Below, piece by piece: positions 60,031 to 64,000 of a stretch of DNA of 64,000 bases. Each line of letters starts with the position of its first letter. Within the stretch, counting starts at the first letter, position 1. Position numbers and translations under genes: made by a program. The DNA is taken from the NCBI GenBank assembly GCA_963709345.1, contig CAVPVX010000002.1, positions 320,001-384,000 on the forward strand, given 5' to 3'. The stretch comes from an uncultured Actinomycetes bacterium (lineage in GTDB: Bacteria > Actinomycetota > Thermoleophilia > UBA2241). A model generated the notes under the pieces. It was given only the letters and a program-made list of their open reading frames with translations. It did not search any database and was not told the DNA's origin.

Positions 60031-60255
60031 CGAGGGCAGGTGGCCTCTTGGGCCACCTGCCCTTCGTGCGTCCACGCCTCCGTCAAGTACACGAACATCT
60101 GTCCGCCTCGCCTGTTACGGTACCGTCGAACGCCGCCGCGGGCCGCGGCTGCCGCCCACACGGCGCCGTCGCGATCCGGTCGCTGCAGACCCTTCTGGTC
60201 GCCTGGCTGCGCGGCGGCGTTCGTAGCCCTGCATCGACGACCAGAGGGAGGCGCC

Positions 60256-60642
60256 ATGACCACCATCCCCCCGGACACCGAGAACACGGCCCGCCGGCAC
60301 AGCCCACCCGGCAGCGTCCGGCTGTGCTCCTGCAGCCCCACCCGCGGCCCGGCCCGCCGGGCCGTCAGCGCCCTGGCCGTCGACGAAGAGCTCGTCTGGG
60401 TGACGCTCGTGCCCTCCATACCGCTCGGAGCCACCCGCCCGGCGTCCGCCGGGGACCTCGTCGACTTGAGCCTCCAGCTCTCGGAGGACTTCGCCGCCGC
60501 CCTCGGCGCCGCGCTCGAGTCCGGCTTCAGCGACGACGACCTCGTCGACGCCGCCGCGAGGGCGGTCGCCGGCCACCTCTCCGATCTGCCCGAGCTCCCG
60601 TTCATCGGCGAGCCCTTCGGCGGCGAGGAGGGGACCGACTAG
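60256..60642 (+). CDS. Hypothetical protein
   Basis: GGGAGG RBS, ATG, host-like codon pattern; no motif recognised. Confidence 0.45.
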   Translation: MTTIPPDTENTARRHSPPGSVRLCSCSPTRGPARRAVSALAVDEELVWVTLVPSIPLGATRPASAGDLVDLSLQLSEDFAAALGAALESGFSDDDLVDAAARAVAGHLSDLPELPFIGEPFGGEEGTD

Positions 60643-60939
60643 CGCCGCGTCCGGCGGGCCTCCGGGCAGGTCGATTCGGCCTGCATCAGCCACAGGTCGC
60701 TCAAGCAGCCGAGGGTCTGCGCCGAGGCTGTAGAAGGAGTGACCGGCAACCATGGAGACGCGCTAACGGAGACGCGCCGGCCGCCGATCCGTCACCCAGC
60801 CGATGTTGGGTTTCCTCGGCCACCGGCGTAGAGTCAGGTAGAGGCCCAGCTCAGGCCAGGCGATCCGGAGCCCAGCACACATGACCCACAGCCCCCACAA
60901 CGACCCTCGGCCCAACTTACCCGTGCGCCCGGCCGGCCG

Positions 60940-63432
60940 ATGAGCACCCGCCGCGCAGCGTCGCGGGGCGCCCGTACATCGCGCACAGCGACGGTGACAC
61001 TCCTCGTCGTCGTCGTCGCCGCCTGCCTCGTCTCCGTCTGGACGGCGCCGCGAGCCAGCGGCGCCGTGCGCGAGTGGATGAGCACGCCGGCCGTCGAGAC
61101 GCGCACGATGGCCGTGCCCGGGGGCGACCTGGACGTGGCGCCCGAGACTCCGGCGGAGTCGCCGAAGGCGGCCGGAGGCTCGAAGAAGAACGAAGCGGAC
61201 GCTCCGGCGCCGTCACCCATCACGCTGGATGCCGGCATGCGGTTCACCATGGCCGGCGTCGTGTGCGACGTCCCCGGCACGGACGGCGCCGTCTCGCTGC
61301 GCCTCCGCGCCAGCCTGGACGGCACGGAGTGGACTGACTGGGTGGAGACGCCTCTGGAGGTTGCGAACGAGGAGGGCGTCGAGCCCGTCGCGTTCACCGA
61401 TCCCCTCTGGACCGGCTCCGCCCGATACGTTCAGATCAGCGCGTCCTCCGGCGCCGAGGCCGCGCCGGCGGAGCTCACGGGTGCTCGCCTGGTCGTCATC
61501 GATCCTACGGAAGACGCCGATGTAGTGACGCGCGTCCTCAGCGGTGTGCGCCGGTTCGCGGCCACCGTCGCCGGCGTGAGCCTGGTACCGCCGGCCTCGG
61601 CCGCGACCGCCGTCCCCGCGATCGTCACCCGATCGCAGTGGGGCGCCGACGAGTCCCTGCGTTCGGGATCGCCGTCCTACGCCACCGTCAAAACGGCCTT
61701 CGTCCACCACACCGCCAGCGGGAACACCTACGCCCCCGCCGACTCCGCCGCTCTCATGCGCGGCATCTACGCCTACCACACGAAGAGCCTCGGCTGGAGC
61801 GACATCGGCTACAACTTCCTGATCGACCGCTACGGGACGATCTTCGAGGGCCGCTACGGCGGCATGACCCGGGGCGTGATCGGCGCCCAGGTGTACGGCT
61901 TCAACACCGGCAGCACCGGGATCTCCGTCATGGGCACGTTCACCAGCGTCGCCCCGCCGGCGGAAGCGCGCGCCGCTCTGGAGAGGCTCCTCGCCTGGAA
62001 ACTCGCCACGCACGGCCTCGATCCATCCGGTACGGCCAAGCTCACCTGCGGCGCGACCGACAAGTTCAAGAAGGGCGCCACCGTCAGCCTACCCGTCATC
62101 TCCGGGCACTGCGACGCCAATTACACCGCCTGCCCGGGCGCGAAGTTCTACTCCCTGCTGCCCGCGATCCGCCGTAGCGTGGCCGGGCGCATCCAGGCGC
62201 CGCTCGTCGCGAAGCTCAGCGCCACTGAGGCGCTCATCAGCCCCAACGGCGACGGCTCCCTCGACGCGACCGTCCTCGGAGCCAAGCTCAGTACGACCGC
62301 CGACTGGGAACTCACCGTGCACGACGCCGCGGGCGCCACCGTCGCCTCGTGGTCGGGGCAGGGCACGTCGGCACAGGTCACGTGGGACGGCTCGGGGGCC
62401 TCCGGCGCCACCGTCCCCGACGGCGCCTACACCGTCCAACTCGACGCGTCCTCCGCGCTCGGCGACGCCTTCCCGGCGACGATGACCATCGCCGTCGACA
62501 CGGTCGGGCCGCATCTCTCGACCGCCGCCGCCTCCCCCGCCTCGTTCAGCCCCAACGGCGACGGCCGCGACGAGACGACTCGCCTCACCTATGTGCCGGC
62601 CGAGGCGTGCTCCGTCCGCGTCGGCATCAAGGACGCGGACGGCGTCGTCAGGCGCTGGCTCCACGGCTGGCGGGCAAAGGGCACCGGCAGCTCGGCGGTC
62701 ACGTGGGACGGCGCCTTCATCAGCAGCGGCGAGGCGACGCCGGCCGCCGAAGGCCAGTACCGTTTCACGATCGAGCACCGCGACGCGGCCTGGAACATCC
62801 GCCGTCGCGCCGTCCCGATCACCGTCGACCGCACGCTCGGCTTCCCCACCGCGACTCCCGTGACTCTTTCGCCGAACGGCGACGGGCGGTTTGACACCAC
62901 CTCCATCCGCTTCCGGCTGACGCGCCGCGCAACGGTGACCGTGACCATCCGCCTCGGCGACGAGACGATCCGCACGCTCGAACTCGGCGCCCTTGCCAAA
63001 GGCACGCGCGGCGCCGTCTGGGACGGCAAGACGACAGGCGGCGAAGCCCTGGGCAGCGGCCGCCCGACCTTCATCGTCACTGCGGTCTCGTCCATGGGAA
63101 CGACCTCCGTGAACAAAGGCCTCATCGTGGATCTCTACCGGCCGCGGCTCTACGCGACCAAGGGCAGGGCTGTGAGACTCGGTGGGACGATCCGGCTCAA
63201 CTACAGGGCGCACGACCCGTACAGCGCCAAGGTCAACGTGCGGTACGCCATCCGCAACGCCAAGGGTCGCGTCGTCGCCTCAGCCCGCCCGGGATGGGTG
63301 AAGACGGGCACGTCGCTCACGATCAAATGGAAGCCAAAGGTGCGCGGCGTCTACACGGTGGTCTACCGCGCGACCGATCGTGGCGCCAATCGGGAACTCA
63401 AGCCCGCCACGACACGGGTCACGGTCCGCTGA
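60940..63432 (+). CDS. N-acetylmuramoyl-L-alanine amidase (Amidase_2/PGRP) with FlgD-Ig repeats
   Basis: RSQWGADE, FVHHTAS, GWSDIGYNFLID, GH.D...TACPG; three SPNGDG..D / WDG repeats. Confidence 0.88.
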   Translation: MSTRRAASRGARTSRTATVTLLVVVVAACLVSVWTAPRASGAVREWMSTPAVETRTMAVPGGDLDVAPETPAESPKAAGGSKKNEADAPAPSPITLDAGMRFTMAGVVCDVPGTDGAVSLRLRASLDGTEWTDWVETPLEVANEEGVEPVAFTDPLWTGSARYVQISASSGAEAAPAELTGARLVVIDPTEDADVVTRVLSGVRRFAATVAGVSLVPPASAATAVPAIVTRSQWGADESLRSGSPSYATVKTAFVHHTASGNTYAPADSAALMRGIYAYHTKSLGWSDIGYNFLIDRYGTIFEGRYGGMTRGVIGAQVYGFNTGSTGISVMGTFTSVAPPAEARAALERLLAWKLATHGLDPSGTAKLTCGATDKFKKGATVSLPVISGHCDANYTACPGAKFYSLLPAIRRSVAGRIQAPLVAKLSATEALISPNGDGSLDATVLGAKLSTTADWELTVHDAAGATVASWSGQGTSAQVTWDGSGASGATVPDGAYTVQLDASSALGDAFPATMTIAVDTVGPHLSTAAASPASFSPNGDGRDETTRLTYVPAEACSVRVGIKDADGVVRRWLHGWRAKGTGSSAVTWDGAFISSGEATPAAEGQYRFTIEHRDAAWNIRRRAVPITVDRTLGFPTATPVTLSPNGDGRFDTTSIRFRLTRRATVTVTIRLGDETIRTLELGALAKGTRGAVWDGKTTGGEALGSGRPTFIVTAVSSMGTTSVNKGLIVDLYRPRLYATKGRAVRLGGTIRLNYRAHDPYSAKVNVRYAIRNAKGRVVASARPGWVKTGTSLTIKWKPKVRGVYTVVYRATDRGANRELKPATTRVTVR

Positions 63433-63451
63433 CCGGCCGGAGCCGTCCGCG

Positions 63452-64000
63452 TCAGTAGATCTCGGGCACGAACGTCTGGCTGTCGATGGGCGGCCGCACG
63501 TACCCCTTATCGGGCGGCCGGTCCGCCAGCTTCAACTGCTTGTGGGTCACGTCCTCGTATGGGATGTGGCCGAGCAGGTGATGGATCATGTTGAGCCGCG
63601 CCCGCCGCTTGTCGTCGGCGTTGACCACCCACCAGGGCGAGTCCTTGGTGTCGGTGTAGGCGAACATCTCGTCCTTGGCCTGCGAGTACTCCACCCAGCG
63701 CATGCGGCTCTCGAGATCCATGGGACTGAGCTTCCAGACCTTGAGAGGGTCCTTGAGGCGCGCTTGGAACCGCTTCTCCTGCTCCTCGTCGCTGACGCTG
63801 AACCAGTACTTCAGCAGGATGATGCCGCTGCGCATGAGCATGCGCTCGAACTCCGGACAGGTGCGGAAGAACTCCCACACCTCGTCCTCGGTGCAGAAGC
63901 CCATCACCCGCTCCACGCCGGGGCGGTTGTACCAGGAGCGGTCGAAGAGGACCATCTCGCCCGCCGCAGGGAGGTGCTCCACGTAGCGCTGGAAGTACCA
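63452..64000 (-). CDS. ppk2: Polyphosphate kinase 2 (5' end outside window)
   Basis: WYFQRY, FDRSWYNR.GVERVMGFC, WKLSPMD, DDKRRARLN. Confidence 0.92.
   Translation of the reverse strand, partial: WYFQRYVEHLPAAGEMVLFDRSWYNRPGVERVMGFCTEDEVWEFFRTCPEFERMLMRSGIILLKYWFSVSDEEQEKRFQARLKDPLKVWKLSPMDLESRMRWVEYSQAKDEMFAYTDTKDSPWWVVNADDKRRARLNMIHHLLGHIPYEDVTHKQLKLADRPPDKGYVRPPIDSQTFVPEIY

Overview
This is a very GC-rich bacterial window. The gene content (fused PafBC, an ECF sigma factor with a C-terminal extension, non-pyrrolysine MttB family, LarA/LarE) suggests an Actinomycetota genome, possibly Thermoleophilia-like; that assignment is inference. It is mostly densely coding, and I found no rRNA, intact tRNA, CRISPR array or intact transposase. 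Main blocks: (1) a sulfur operon, Rrf2-cysK-moeB/thiF-larE-cysE, with a visible sigma70 promoter and an IscR-like operator; (2) a divergent locus pairing a DokD-like (D-Orn/D-Lys type) decarboxylase with an ornithine-racemase-like gene and two tandem non-pyrrolysine MttB methyltransferases. This is my best candidate for an undescribed pathway, possibly for N-methylated basic amino acids; (3) fused PafBC translationally coupled to a small membrane protein and a LarA-family racemase; (4) signalling genes (GAF-PP2C, PAS/GAF-HD-GYP, and an ECF-ZAS fusion whose putative promoter motif recurs upstream of a secreted protein); (5) an accessory zone at about 37.4-45.7 kb with a low-GC three-domain RidA, a tRNA-3'-end-like att remnant, a C-type-lectin/DGR-variable-region-like fragment, a NERD-helicase, GIY-YIG and PD-(D/E)XK nucleases and several eroded gene fragments; (6) duplicated secreted beta-propeller genes, an orphan pilin, a macrodomain protein, a eukaryote-like twin C2H2 protein, an HD protein, a UvrD-like helicase, an MFS transporter, dodecin, an amidase and partial ppk2. 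Several otherwise intact genes carry single frameshifts, which may be assembly errors. All family calls come from motif recognition by eye; no database searches were run.
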